Shown: positions 1 to 11,017 of the stretch, piece by piece | How positions within the stretch are numbered: position 1 is the first letter of the stretch | Layout of the letters: every line of letters begins with the position of its first letter | Source of the DNA: Nitrosopumilus sp. | GTDB taxonomy: Archaea > Thermoproteota > Nitrososphaeria > Nitrososphaerales > Nitrosopumilaceae | Direction of reading: 5' to 3' | DNA: 64,000 nucleotides | Assembly: GCA_965207445.1 (NCBI GenBank) | Contig: CBDBLX010000002.1 | Span: forward strand, 1,591,849 to 1,655,848 | Made by a program: the position numbers and the translations under genes | Notes under the pieces: generated by a model | Told to the model about the DNA's origin: nothing | Databases searched by the model: none | What the model saw: the letters and a program-made list of their open reading frames with translations, nothing else

Positions 1-2
1 AT

Positions 3-269
3 ATGTGCAGAACATCTCTGAAAGATAAAAATAGAGTATTGCAGCGTTATACTGAACTTGTACAGATAATCGGTGAGTTTGTTGCATCTATAATAAGTGG
101 TGTAATAAAAGAGTATGGAAAATACAATGGAAATCAATTGGTTTCAATAACGCACGGCAATGACACCCCTTGGAAAAGAGTATACAAATCAGGGCGTAAC
201 AATATCATACATACAAGCATAATCAAAGACTTTTACAGGAGATTACAGCCAGATGATGCCGGGCGGTAA
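3..269 (+). CDS. Panacea/SocA-like (DUF4065) protein, C-terminal part (5' end outside window)
   Basis: Motif YGKYNGNQLVSITH..DTPW...I...IKDFY typical of the DUF4065 C-terminus. Confidence 0.6.
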   Translation: MCRTSLKDKNRVLQRYTELVQIIGEFVASIISGVIKEYGKYNGNQLVSITHGNDTPWKRVYKSGRNNIIHTSIIKDFYRRLQPDDAGR

Positions 270-287
270 CGATGATAATGTAAAGGA

Positions 288-2025
288 TAGTGATTTCATT
301 AAAGATCCGATGGTTTTTGCAGGCGATTTCGGCTAGGCAGGCGGGTACGGAGTGGAAAAATAGACGTAATTGGCACTATGTGTAGCAGATACCGTGTGGT
401 GGCCAGAAGAGAGACGATGAATTGGGTGTGTATGTCAGTGGCAGGCATTAAGTAACTTTTGATCATTTGGTTGAATTAATTTGACCTCGAGTGTCAAAAG
501 GTGATGTGTCCATTAGTGTTTAATGAATTACCACAAAATGGTACATCGACTAGTACTCGTCGATGCCATATTTAACGACTCTGCAGGCAGATTGTCTTGC
601 AGCATTGACGAGGTGCGTATTTTTTGAAGACAGCCTATGTAGAAAGAGGGGATGGGTTCATGCCCGACGTGTCCCTGGAAGATCTAAAAGCCGCCTACCG
701 CAAAGAGCCTCCGGGCAAGTCCCGGGACAGACTGCAGGCGGTAGTTGGACGAAAAAAGGGCAAGAGTGAGTCTGCAATAGCCGTCCAACTCGGACGCAGC
801 CAGAGCGTCATATCTGAGTGGCTCAACAGGCTACAAACAGAGGGCTTGGAGGGCAGGTATGACCGCAAGAGCCCCCGGCAGGCCGTGCAGACTCACAAAA
901 GAACAACAAGAACAGGCAAAGGCCGATCTGAGTAAAGAGCCGATGCAGTGCGGCTTTGAGCGTGGGACATGGACTGCCGCATTGTTTGCATTGCATCTGG
1001 CAAACATTTTTGACGTCCAGTACACGTGGACCGGGGCCCTGGCGCTAGCTCACAGGATGGGTTTTTCAATAAGAATGCCCACAGCCAATCCACCACAAGT
1101 CTGTCAGTCCATTAGAAGAACTGCATTATGTACACGACACAATACGCGCCATCATGGCGCACGCCCGCGCCGGCTATGAGGTGTTCTGTATGGACGCTTC
1201 TGCAATCACAAACTCGCCGTATGTCGCGCGCCGACTACATCTCCGAGGAGGCTCTGAGACTGTAAATGTCAACTTTTCAAAAACGAGCATGAAAATGCGG
1301 GGTGCACTCGGGGCCGGTACATGCCACCTGCACTTTTGCGACAGTGCGAATACTGTAAACGTCATAAAGTTGTTGGAGATGCTCCGAGAAAAGTACGGCA
1401 AGGTATTTGTCATATGTGACAATGCGTCTGCGCACAAGTCCAAAGACATCAAGCAGTATCTGGAACAGACAAGAGGACAAGTTGCACTATGGTACTTGCC
1501 GCCATCACGCCTCAGCACAATCCCATAGAGATCCAATGGCGCGAGATAAAGCGCGCACTAGCAGGCAGATACTACAAGGATGGTTTTCCAGAGATTCAAA
1601 AGTCCATACTACACATGATGGAAAACGGCGAGGTGGGTACAGTCAGGCTACTAGCCAATAGTACATACAAACATATCCTAACTGCTTTGATGGAAAACGG
1701 CGAGGTGGGTACAGTCAGGCTACTAGAGTACATGCGCAATGCCATACAAGACGCAAAGAACAACGCGCTCATATCCGAACTCCGGGCTGCATGAACTGCA
1801 TATTACGCGAACTAGCGTCCGGGTGAGGCTGTGCGACGCACAGACCGCACTATGATCAGGACGGCTGCGCACATACCCTTTGCCACGTCGAAATACATGG
1901 CTAGCATGCACATGTCCATGGAAAAATCATGGAGCATGTCTGGATTACAACATGGGGACTGCCTGATTTCCCAATATATGATTATAAAAATGTCTAAAAA
2001 CTATCGGATTTTAATGAAACCACTA
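288..2025 (+). mobile_element. IS630-family element with ~30-bp imperfect TIRs and TA flanks
   Basis: Left TA-GTGATTTCATTAAAGATCCGATGGTTTTT (288-318); right AAAAACTATCGGATTTTAATGAAACCAC-TA (to 2025); encloses IS630 transposase fragments. Confidence 0.8.
624..1794 (+). pseudogene. IS630 transposase, split over 4 frameshifted ORFs
   Basis: HTH (GRSQSVISEWL), GTWTAALF, DDE motifs MDAS / ICDNASAH / YLP..PQHNPIEIQW; internal duplication of MENGEVGTVRLL. Confidence 0.8.
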
Positions 2026-2230
2026 TGCACTCCATCAGCATGCGGGTCACGTCGGCCCTTTTCTTTCGATCAGATATGTCCTGCGAGAGCAAAAAGTGAG
2101 TCTTGGCATCCGTTGAGTCAAATATGTAGTGTTCCTTGCCGCCTATCTTTTCGATTATCTCGTCGGCCCTGACGCAGTCGCCCAAATGGTTGAGTGAAAC
2201 ACGTAGCATGTAACAAAACAAGAGAACCAC
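2026..2230 (-). pseudogene. IS6-like DDE transposase fragment truncated by the IS630 right end
   Basis: RADE...YIFDSTDAKTHFLLSQDISDRK; resembles the remnant at 63-64 kb. Confidence 0.5.
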
Positions 2231-2580
2231 AATGCCGAGATTATTATGATCATAAAAACGTGCATGATTTTTATCTTATATGTGCACTTCAAAAAGCAAA
2301 ATAGTCACTTCCAATATCTAATTTTTTATATATGAACAGAAGTACTAGGGTATTCTCATATGTTATACTTTTTATTTGATCTGATCAAGTATGATCATCA
2401 ATGTTTAACGACATTATATATTATTCAAATAAAATCATATAAAGCATATTGTGGACTACTGATGCCTCGAACTAGACAGTCAAATATAATACAATGGCAA
2501 CACGATGATAATCCCAAATCTAATTCTATGTATTGAGAGTAGACAAGATGTTTAAATAGATTTTATCATTATCAAGTGTA

Positions 2581-2907
2581 TTGTCAAAGATAACACTGCC
2601 TCAGCTCAAAAAATATGACATTAACCAAAAAGTAATTACAGCACTAGCAGATGCAGAATCACGAGCAATTTTGTTTTCTATGATCAAAAAATCAAAATCT
2701 GCACCAGAGTTGGCAGAAAAACTAAAAATACCAATCAGTTCAGTGTACAAAAAACTCTCAGAGTTGCAATCATTGACATTGATCGAAGTTGAAAAGATCA
2801 TGCTATCTCACAGTGGGAGACGAATCAAACTGTATCGTAGTCGCATAAAACAGGCAGACATATCAATTAAAAAACCAGAGCCAGCGCTGACACTGATCCC
2901 AAACTAG
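2581..2907 (+). CDS. ArsR-like winged-helix regulator
   Basis: ALADAESRAIL...ELAEKLKIPISSVYKKLSEL HTH. Confidence 0.85.
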   Translation: MSKITLPQLKKYDINQKVITALADAESRAILFSMIKKSKSAPELAEKLKIPISSVYKKLSELQSLTLIEVEKIMLSHSGRRIKLYRSRIKQADISIKKPEPALTLIPN

Positions 2908-2918
2908 AGCGTGGTGTT

Positions 2919-3272
2919 TTGGTAAAGTCAGGCTTGATTGAACTCTCCGAAGTTGACGTCACACAAAAGATCATAGAAGCACTAAGCAATGTATGTACAA
3001 GATCAGTACTCTTTGCAATACGTGACAGATCAAAAGATGCGTCTCAAGTAGCAGATGAACTTGGCCTAGCCGTATCAACAGTGTACAAGTCACTTGCAAC
3101 TTTAGAGTACTTGGCACTAGCAGAAATAGACAAATTTAACATAACAGTAGAAGGGAAAAAGATCAAGATGTATCGAAGCAGAATAGAAAAGATAGAGATA
3201 GTGATACAAAACCAAGAGCCGGTTTTGAGTATTTATCCAAACACGATAAACCCAAAGCAGAATCAATCATAG
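2919..3272 (+). CDS. ArsR-like winged-helix regulator (tandem paralogue)
   Basis: Same HTH architecture; QVADELGLAVSTVYKSL. Confidence 0.85.
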   Translation: MVKSGLIELSEVDVTQKIIEALSNVCTRSVLFAIRDRSKDASQVADELGLAVSTVYKSLATLEYLALAEIDKFNITVEGKKIKMYRSRIEKIEIVIQNQEPVLSIYPNTINPKQNQS

Positions 3273-3306
3273 TGTAATTATAGTGCAAGTTAGTAATTGT
3301 ATAGTA

Positions 3307-4347
3307 TCAAGTGGTCACCATATCAATCTTTTCTGATTCTGCAGCTTGTTTGATCTCCCTTGCAATACGTCGCCCCATACTCATTGACTCACCATACAGT
3401 AGAGAATAGTAAGGTGATCCATCCATGTATATGTTAGTTCCTGCTACAATTCTAGCAGAAAACTCAAACGATGTAAATTGAGCATTCTCATCATATACAC
3501 CTTCAATACAGAACGGACCATTCATCCCAGGTGGAACAGCATCACGAGCAGCCTTGACAAACCGCTCACCCATTGCATATGCCTCATCAAGTAAAGACTC
3601 GCGTAATACAATAGGGCTATTGCCTATTACATTAAATGATGGAACATCAGATATGCCGCCACCAGAAATCTGCTCTTTTGCAGGCACACGCGCTAGCCCT
3701 TCAATATCAGATTCGTGTCTCTGGTCTGCTCCAAAAAACTCAATGTCATCTAAAAGTGGCGAGTAGAAGAACTGTAAATATGCAAGCACACCAGAGGCAT
3801 ACTCTTGTATGTATAGTTGCTCATCAGCAGATATCACACCATCACGAATCAATGCCTGCCGTTTTGTATTATAGTCATCTTTGTTCATGGCAATAAAGTA
3901 TCCCTTGCCACCTGCAGCACCCTGACGTTTTACTATAGTAGCTCCATTGATATCATCAGGGGTCAGTACGGGTGAGGGTACCTTTAGATGTGCTCTTTTC
4001 ATGAGATCCTCTTTCATATTGCGGTCAGACTCCCATCGCAGTATCCACTTGTTGCCAAAGATAGGTGTTTTTATTGACTCTATCTCATCAGAGCTCATCT
4101 GTGCAATCAAAGTTCCATGAGGAATCAAGACAGAGTTGTGTGCATGTAGTGTTCGTTGAGTAGAGTCATCTAGTATAGCTCGAAAAGAGTCAACTGGTAA
4201 TATAGTATCAATAAATGGGAATCTTCTATATAGTCGCTCTCGTCGTCGCTCACAGACCAAAAGAGTTCCGAGTCCCTCATCATGTGCACCCTTTAGCACT
4301 TGAAGAGAACAATGAGAGCCAAGTGTTGCAATTGTAGGAAGTGTCAT
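3307..4347 (-). CDS. purP: Formate--phosphoribosylaminoimidazolecarboxamide ligase (ATP-grasp)
   Basis: IATLGSHCSLQ, GAAGGKGYF, FEFSARIVAGTN, MSMGRRIAREI. Confidence 0.92.
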   Translation of the reverse strand: MTLPTIATLGSHCSLQVLKGAHDEGLGTLLVCERRRERLYRRFPFIDTILPVDSFRAILDDSTQRTLHAHNSVLIPHGTLIAQMSSDEIESIKTPIFGNKWILRWESDRNMKEDLMKRAHLKVPSPVLTPDDINGATIVKRQGAAGGKGYFIAMNKDDYNTKRQALIRDGVISADEQLYIQEYASGVLAYLQFFYSPLLDDIEFFGADQRHESDIEGLARVPAKEQISGGGISDVPSFNVIGNSPIVLRESLLDEAYAMGERFVKAARDAVPPGMNGPFCIEGVYDENAQFTSFEFSARIVAGTNIYMDGSPYYSLLYGESMSMGRRIAREIKQAAESEKIDMVTT

Positions 4348-4370
4348 TGTATTAAACCACACACACACAC

Positions 4371-4589
4371 TTATGAATTATGAGCAGCCGTGACAGATTC
4401 AAAGACATCCTCAATTATATCTGTGGTTAGATGTTCTTTGTATTTACTAGGAATTGAATCAAGTACAAACCCATACAATGTAACATTCCCAGGGATATCA
4501 TCTCGTTCTTTTAAAAGAGAGTATACAGCAATACTATTTGCAACAAGGGCAATTAGGGTTTCAGATTCAGATAACATAATTACTATCAT
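4371..4589 (-). CDS. Small hypothetical protein
   Basis: 72-aa ORF co-oriented directly upstream of purP. Confidence 0.6.
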   Translation of the reverse strand: MIVIMLSESETLIALVANSIAVYSLLKERDDIPGNVTLYGFVLDSIPSKYKEHLTTDIIEDVFESVTAAHNS

Positions 4590-4654
4590 ATGAGATGTAA
4601 TTTAATTGGATTGCAACTACAAAGATGCATCAATAATTGTTAATTGGTTGTTGT

Positions 4655-6326
4655 GTGGTTGGTGCGTAATTCATCAAATCGCCATCTGCATCGTACTTGC
4701 AAAGCCATCTGCAAATATCGCCAGAGTTTTATGTACATATATTTAATAAGCTCATATATAAAAGTATATGCGCGCATACCAAAAGTTACTTATAGGGGCA
4801 TCCCAAATGAATAATTGTAATGTCACCAAAGGGGATGCTAAACAACGTTGACTAGCCAATGTTATCAACGTATCGTTTGTGAAGTGTGGTGGAACGACGA
4901 CATATGGTGGGTTGCCACAACATGCTATACTACACAGAATGTCGCCCATTACAATGCATGGTTTGTGATGAATGTGGCGCCTGCTTGTTGTTTGTGTAAA
5001 TTTAGTGGGTGGGTCTCAAATAAGAACAGATTATGGAGGCAGACCGTATAGTGACAGAGCAGCACAAGCGACGCGAAGGTTATTGGCAGTATTACGAACA
5101 GGCACGCAAATCTGAGCCGGATTTTATGCGCAAGACCTTGCTGTCGGCGATACGAAAAAACCCACATCCGTGCAAGGAAAAGAAAACAAATAGAGGATGC
5201 AAGCCGGTACATTCTCGTGACAAGATGGATTTTTTGTGTCTTTTAAAAGTTGCAAAAAATATTCCTTTTCGTGACGTGGTAAATGATCTTGGACATATGC
5301 ATGATGAATGGGTTGACGAGCCGAAGCCTGATTATAGTTGGGTAACCAAACATATGCAAACAATTGATCTCGACTGGCTTGATTCTATTTTGGCACATAC
5401 TGCCAACATGTGTCTAACTGAACTTGAAAAATCTGGGACAGATCCGGTACCGATAAAAGGTAAAGAGACCATACTTACGCACGGATCCGAGGATTTTGAG
5501 AGCGGTAAACAAGACGTAAAACAAGAACCTACAGCTCCAATTGGGATAGACAGTAGTGGGGTAGAGACTGACAGGTACGAAAAACAAGAAAGACCTAATC
5601 ATGTACTACAAGACTTTGAGCCGACACGCATCAAGATGTACCTAAAATATCACATTACTGCGATAACCGGACATCAGATCATACTTGCATCATACACAAC
5701 TCCAAGCAATGTGAGTGACACGTCAATGCTTCCATATATGGTCAGCTTTCTCGTAAAAAACTATACACAGATTGAAGAACGCTTATTCAACGGAGACAAG
5801 GGATACGACTCGGATCAAAATTGCGAGACAATATTCAATGCAAACATGAAACCGAACATAAAGCAGCGCAATCACACAGATGGCGCAGGTCATACAAACC
5901 GTGGCAAACCAAGCAGAAAAAAAGCAGCGGAGATCTTTGACCAAGATGCATACAAACAACGCGCACTTATCGAGGCAATATTTGGAGCAGAAGAGACAAA
6001 GAATCACAGGCTACACTGTCGTATGCGCCTGGCCAAAAACCAAAAGCGGTTTGGTAAAATACTATCAATTGCATGGAATATCAACGTCCTAAACAGATTT
6101 ATCTGCGCTCATGAAAAAGGGCAAAAAATTCCATCATACGAATGATAGTGACTGCTATCACACTTGCACGTTTCATGTTCTATAATCTGTCTGCTAAAAC
6201 ACACACGTATATTCAAAAACGAAACGCACTATAGATAGATTTCAGTCTTTTGTAGATTGAATGTGCAATAAACCAAGCTCACAGAAGGGTCACAGGCAGG
6301 CCTAATGTCAATTACGCACCAACCTC
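4655..6326 (+). mobile_element. Intact IS5/IS4-superfamily element with 9-bp TSD
   Basis: TIR G(T/A)GGTTGGTGCGTAATT at both ends; GGTTGTTGT duplicated at 4646-4654 and 6327-6335. Confidence 0.9.
5033..6145 (+). CDS. DDE transposase (IS5-like)
   Basis: IGIDSSG, NGDKGYD, YKQRALIEAIFG. Confidence 0.9.
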   Translation: MEADRIVTEQHKRREGYWQYYEQARKSEPDFMRKTLLSAIRKNPHPCKEKKTNRGCKPVHSRDKMDFLCLLKVAKNIPFRDVVNDLGHMHDEWVDEPKPDYSWVTKHMQTIDLDWLDSILAHTANMCLTELEKSGTDPVPIKGKETILTHGSEDFESGKQDVKQEPTAPIGIDSSGVETDRYEKQERPNHVLQDFEPTRIKMYLKYHITAITGHQIILASYTTPSNVSDTSMLPYMVSFLVKNYTQIEERLFNGDKGYDSDQNCETIFNANMKPNIKQRNHTDGAGHTNRGKPSRKKAAEIFDQDAYKQRALIEAIFGAEETKNHRLHCRMRLAKNQKRFGKILSIAWNINVLNRFICAHEKGQKIPSYE

Positions 6327-6578
6327 GGTTGTTGTTGTAGTTATTTTGTTTAGTGATGATATATTTGACATGCTGCTGTCAATTGTATATACTGTTGCAT
6401 CATATGTGATATTGTGCGCCTCAAAGTTACTTGGGTCTTGTGAGTATTGATATCCTACATATCCACCTGCAAGAATAAATATGGCGATCACAAGTATGAT
6501 AAGTATATCCAACTTGAAGTGGCTTTTAAGGTCTGTATTATAAGGATTCAGATTATATAACATGATATATTTTGTCAT
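6312..6578 (-). CDS. Small single-TM membrane protein; last codons supplied by the IS end
   Basis: Hydrophobic ILIILVIAIFILAGGYVGY; the frame runs into the IS TIR (EVGA*); start uncertain. Confidence 0.45.
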   Translation of the reverse strand: MTKYIMLYNLNPYNTDLKSHFKLDILIILVIAIFILAGGYVGYQYSQDPSNFEAHNITYDATVYTIDSSMSNISSLNKITTTTTEVGA

Positions 6579-6819
6579 TATAAAATGGTGGATTATATAG
6601 AAAAGTAGACTAGATACAGAGCAGCCCGGAACCATGCACCTCGAGGCACAACACACCATAGCCTTGACTGAGGTTTGTGTGTGGATGGTAATGCACATGA
6701 TGCATGCATTTTAAGTAGATGAAAAGAGAATGTGCTTGGATGGTTGCTACGAACTATCTAGGCTTGACTGACAGTCATTGAATGCGCGTTGTTTTAAACA
6801 AAACATGAGGTAGTAGTAT

Positions 6820-7224
6820 ATGACGTGGGAGTTAGGCACAACATTGTTCTTGTTTGGATTGTTGTTTATGCATTGGTGGTTTCATAAGATATACACTTGC
6901 CGCATACGACATCTTGACGACAACATCGGTGAGATGATCGAGATTGATGATGGTAAAGATGATTACACGTCAGACGCCCTTTCTGATCTCGTTCGAATGA
7001 AAGCTCAAGCCAAAGTCGATAAAGACAGCAATCTACGTCACGCCATTGTCGTTCATAGCATCTGCGCTACCGGGAGTCTCTTCCTGGCTCTTTGGAGCCT
7101 GATCAACATTACGGCAACTGCCGGGTGGTTGTTCACACTGGTCGTGATCCCGCCTATGGTTCTATTCCTCCATCACATGCAAAACGTGTGGGTGTCGCGC
7201 GTGAAACGGAGAGGTGTTTTATGA
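6820..7224 (+). CDS. Hypothetical 3-TM membrane protein
   Basis: TM, acidic loop, 2 TM pattern. Confidence 0.6.
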   Translation: MTWELGTTLFLFGLLFMHWWFHKIYTCRIRHLDDNIGEMIEIDDGKDDYTSDALSDLVRMKAQAKVDKDSNLRHAIVVHSICATGSLFLALWSLINITATAGWLFTLVVIPPMVLFLHHMQNVWVSRVKRRGVL

Positions 7225-7701
7225 GTGGAATCTTCAAACATACTTCATGTAATAGAAAATGCAACAAGCGTGATAGCACTCACCAGTAGCGCCGAGTCTG
7301 AGACTTCTCTCGGTGTCTTTGCAATGTTGGCTACCATGATGGCAATAATTGCAGGTAGTACCGGCATCCGTATGGTGTTCATAGATAAAGCGTACAGATA
7401 CATCATAAAATCCACAGAAGATGAAAATTCCATTAGTACATCTGATGATGACAGTTCATCAAATGACACGATGTCACTTGCGCAACGACTTGCAGATATA
7501 CATGCCAAAAGGGCATCCAATAAACGCGGCGTGATCGTGGACGGGTTTGGTATCCTCATCATACTTGTTGTCGGGTTCTTGGCTGCGCTTGATTTGATTC
7601 CTCATCCATTCATAACAGTAGGAATACCCATTATGTTTTTTCTATCAACGATGATACCATTCTACATACATGCGCAGGCCGTTCTCAATCAGTCTGCTTG
7701 A
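7225..7701 (+). CDS. Hypothetical 3-TM membrane protein, probable paralogue of the upstream gene
   Basis: Same topology; GTG start abuts the upstream TGA. Confidence 0.6.
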   Translation: MESSNILHVIENATSVIALTSSAESETSLGVFAMLATMMAIIAGSTGIRMVFIDKAYRYIIKSTEDENSISTSDDDSSSNDTMSLAQRLADIHAKRASNKRGVIVDGFGILIILVVGFLAALDLIPHPFITVGIPIMFFLSTMIPFYIHAQAVLNQSA

Positions 7702-8170
7702 ATCGATCAATGATCGTACTACGTTCAGTGTACTTTGGATAAGAGTAATAGACCCCTTCTAATAATCGCTCTAGTCTCATTTTTTGCAGATTTGTAATTT
7801 TTTCATACAAGGCTTCCATCTCTTTTTTATGATTGGTCAGAATCTTGCGCCATCTGATACGTCCCTTAATAGTAAACGAATATTGTTGTGTCTTTAGAAT
7901 TTTATCGACAGACGTGACGTTGATCAATTTACTTTCACGACATTTGTCAACGTCTTCTTTGAGACTTTTACTGAATGGTCCGTACCAAAGTGATTCCCAG
8001 TCATCATAGAATGTGAGTTTGGGTTCGTGCTCAGATATATTTTTCAGCTCTTTGTCATACTGCATACGGAGCAAGAATCCATACTTTTGGAGTCGAGTGG
8101 TTCCGCGGATCGTCGTGTCACTGATGATCATTAATGCACGATCTGTAGTCTCAGATTCAATGACGCTCAT
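7685..8170 (-). CDS. Panacea/YwgA-like winged-helix protein
   Basis: IRGTTRLQKYGFLL ... YGPFSKSLKEDVD motif. Confidence 0.6.
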   Translation of the reverse strand: MSVIESETTDRALMIISDTTIRGTTRLQKYGFLLRMQYDKELKNISEHEPKLTFYDDWESLWYGPFSKSLKEDVDKCRESKLINVTSVDKILKTQQYSFTIKGRIRWRKILTNHKKEMEALYEKITNLQKMRLERLLEGVYYSYPKYTERSTIIDRFKQTD

Positions 8171-8305
8171 TTCCTATTCTGCCTACTACAGGTAACTGAA
8201 AAGTGTTTTATAATCATAACCGTTCAACCCCCCAAGCCCAGAGGTGTTGGTAGATTGTTAATTACCATTACAAAAATTAATTACCTCAAATAAAGACGTA
8301 ATGTT

Positions 8306-9664
8306 ATGGCAATAGAGACAAGTTTGGGCAGTCAAAGGAGAACACATTATTCATCGCAGATATCCCCAGAGATGGATGGGCAGAAAACGATCATCATGGG
8401 ATGGGTGCTGACTGTACGTGAACATGGCAGTATTACATTTGTAACTATTAAAGACAAAGACGGAGAGATTCCAATAGTTGCAAAAAAAGGCAATTGTCCT
8501 GACGAGGTAAGAGAAGAGATCGCAACACTCAAGGCTCACTCATCAATTGCAATTAGCGGAACCATCAAATCTTCACAAAAGTCACCATTTGGATTTGAGA
8601 TTATACCAGATCAGATACGAGTATTCTCAAAGGTACAAAAGGTGCCACCGTTTGAGCCTGTTGCAAAGACAGTAAAAAATATCGATACTAGACTAGAAGT
8701 CAGATCAATTGATCTGCGCAGAGACATACTACAACACACATTTAAGATTAGAAGCCACGTATTGCATGCAATACGCCAATACTTTGTAGATGGTGGTTTT
8801 ACAGAGATCAGTACACCCAAGATAATATCAAGTGCAACGGAGGGTGGAGCGGCACTGTTTTCAATATTTTATTATGACAAGCAAGCGTTCTTGGCACAAA
8901 GTCCACAATTGTACAAAGAACAACTCACCATGAGCTTTGAAAAGGTTTTTGAGATTGCCCCCATATTCAGAGCAGAATCATCTAGGACACAGCGACATTT
9001 ATCAGAAGCAATATCAATAGACTTGGAAGAAGCATTTGTAGATTATAATGATGTGATGGATAGAATAGAGTCAATTCTCAAAGTGTCAGCAAATGCAGCC
9101 AAAACGTACATGCAAAACATTAAAGGCAACAATAACACAATTGCAATACCAAACATACCAAACAAGATACCACGATACACATATCAAGACTTGCTTGCCC
9201 AAATACAACAAAAGGGATCAAAGGCACAGTGGGGAGACGACTTGTATCCATCTGATCTTAAAAAACTTGGATTGGATGGATTTTACTTTATTGTGGATTG
9301 GCCACTTGGTCCAAAGCCATTTTATGTCAAAGAGGCAACTTTAAATAAAAAATATCAAAATACACCAAACAATACAGAAGATAACAAACGAATCTCAGAG
9401 TCATTTGATCTAATGTACGGAGAGTTGGAGATATCATCAGGCAGTACAAGGATTGAAAAACGAGAAGAGTTAGAGGCACAATTGAAGATAAAGGGGATGA
9501 ATGTTGACTCTTTTGAGTATCATCTAGGGGCATTTGAATATGGAGTCCCACCGCATGCAGGATGCGGAATAGGACTTGAGCGTCTCATGATGGCACTCAC
9601 AGGGACAGAGAATATTAGAGATGCTACATTTTATCCAAGAGATGTAGATAGACTTGTGCCATAA
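8306..9664 (+). CDS. aspS: Aspartyl-tRNA synthetase, probably non-discriminating (Asp/Asn)
   Basis: OB fold, LAQSPQLYKE, FRAE, PPHAGCGIGLERL; Pro in the anticodon-domain loop (KSPFGFEI). Confidence 0.92.
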   Translation: MAIETSLGSQRRTHYSSQISPEMDGQKTIIMGWVLTVREHGSITFVTIKDKDGEIPIVAKKGNCPDEVREEIATLKAHSSIAISGTIKSSQKSPFGFEIIPDQIRVFSKVQKVPPFEPVAKTVKNIDTRLEVRSIDLRRDILQHTFKIRSHVLHAIRQYFVDGGFTEISTPKIISSATEGGAALFSIFYYDKQAFLAQSPQLYKEQLTMSFEKVFEIAPIFRAESSRTQRHLSEAISIDLEEAFVDYNDVMDRIESILKVSANAAKTYMQNIKGNNNTIAIPNIPNKIPRYTYQDLLAQIQQKGSKAQWGDDLYPSDLKKLGLDGFYFIVDWPLGPKPFYVKEATLNKKYQNTPNNTEDNKRISESFDLMYGELEISSGSTRIEKREELEAQLKIKGMNVDSFEYHLGAFEYGVPPHAGCGIGLERLMMALTGTENIRDATFYPRDVDRLVP

Positions 9665-10397
9665 TACGCATGTCGTTTGATTTGACGTGTTTTTTTTATC
9701 TTAGTCAAGTTGATTTGATTGTAATATGCATTGTTAAAAAACGACAACGTTACTACAACGGACAAAAAATACACAGATTATCATCACCACAACAAATCTC
9801 AAATCCAAGAAAATCATATATTAAAACAAATACAGGACGCGCCCTTGGTTTTGATGTGTGAATTAGTGTCAAAAATCTACATGGCACGTTTTCATGCAAT
9901 TTGGAGTTTTTTATATAATCATATTTTTATATCCATTTAGACAAAAACCCACTTGATTTGAAGACATTTGTGTTAACAGTAGTGTAACCGTTCAACCTCC
10001 TTTTTGCTCCCGTGCACAACATCTACACCCTTGGTACATTTGACACAGTCAAAAATAATTGACACAGTCAAAAATAGTCGGCGATCGGCTTCTTGAGTTT
10101 GTACAGATAAATTTTTGTGAAATAGATTGGTATGAATTTTTGGTATGGTGTCATCTATTTGGTCTATGATGATTCTATGTTGAGAATTCGAATACTAGAA
10201 GAATGTATAAGAGAACGGAATTTCCGTAGACTGAGACGGTGAGTTTGTGGATAGTCCGGCGGCTTGGGTTAAAAGTCAGAGGTGTAGTGTGGTGTGGTGT
10301 GGTGCTACTGATACTCATCATTTGATTTGTTATTCATTTGCCATGACGGTTTGGATCAAAAGTCAGCGGTGTAGTGTGGTGTTGCTGGGAGACATAT

Positions 10398-10622
10398 CTA
10401 GCCTGAGGCTTCAAGTCTTTGTAGTTCTGTGACGACAGGAATCCATCTATCCCAGCCCCGATCTACATAGATTTGAGCTTCTGTTGCAGTCATCGGGTTG
10501 TCATAGGTGACATCTCCAAATGCCGCCAGCACCCCGGTCCACCTATCGACGTACCCTGCTCCGCCTTTTGCAATATACAAGTGAATGTTTGCAACCAACA
10601 CGGGGTCTATGGCAACTGCCAC
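10398..10622 (-). pseudogene. Orphan copy of the C-terminal repeat domain of the adjacent surface protein
   Basis: AVAIDPVLVANI...YVDRWTGVLAAFG...DNPMTATEA matches the repeats in 11018-13930; 5' end cut by an ISH3 end. Confidence 0.7.
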
Positions 10623-10953
10623 GTCAGTAGTTCGCAATGTGCTAATTTTTAATGATCTTATTTTTAATTATGCAGTGCGACACATTTACTATGACAAGTA
10701 ACTACCATGTTTTAATTCCCATCAAAGCAGTCTTCTGATTAATCCGGCAATTGAATCCATAAATAATCTATTGTGAATAGTTTTCCACCTGCAAGTCCGT
10801 CGTAATTTTCGTACCTTGCCATTGTTTACAAGTTATACAACAACATTTCAAAAAAATATCAACAGTAATCAGACTTGCAAGGCGTTGCTAGTTGTTTTTG
10901 GAGTCATGTTTTTTATCACTAATCCAGTCTCTATTATCCAGCGCTTGCAATAG
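10623..10953 (-). mobile_element. ISH3-like right-end remnant
   Basis: Similar to 22649-22990 and to the reverse complement of ~56170-56500; encodes KRWIIETG. Confidence 0.8.
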
Positions 10954-11017
10954 TTGGAAATTACATACATTAGTTCACTTTGACCATGCGGGCAGTTAAT
11001 TCGCCTCCGAGCTGTTG

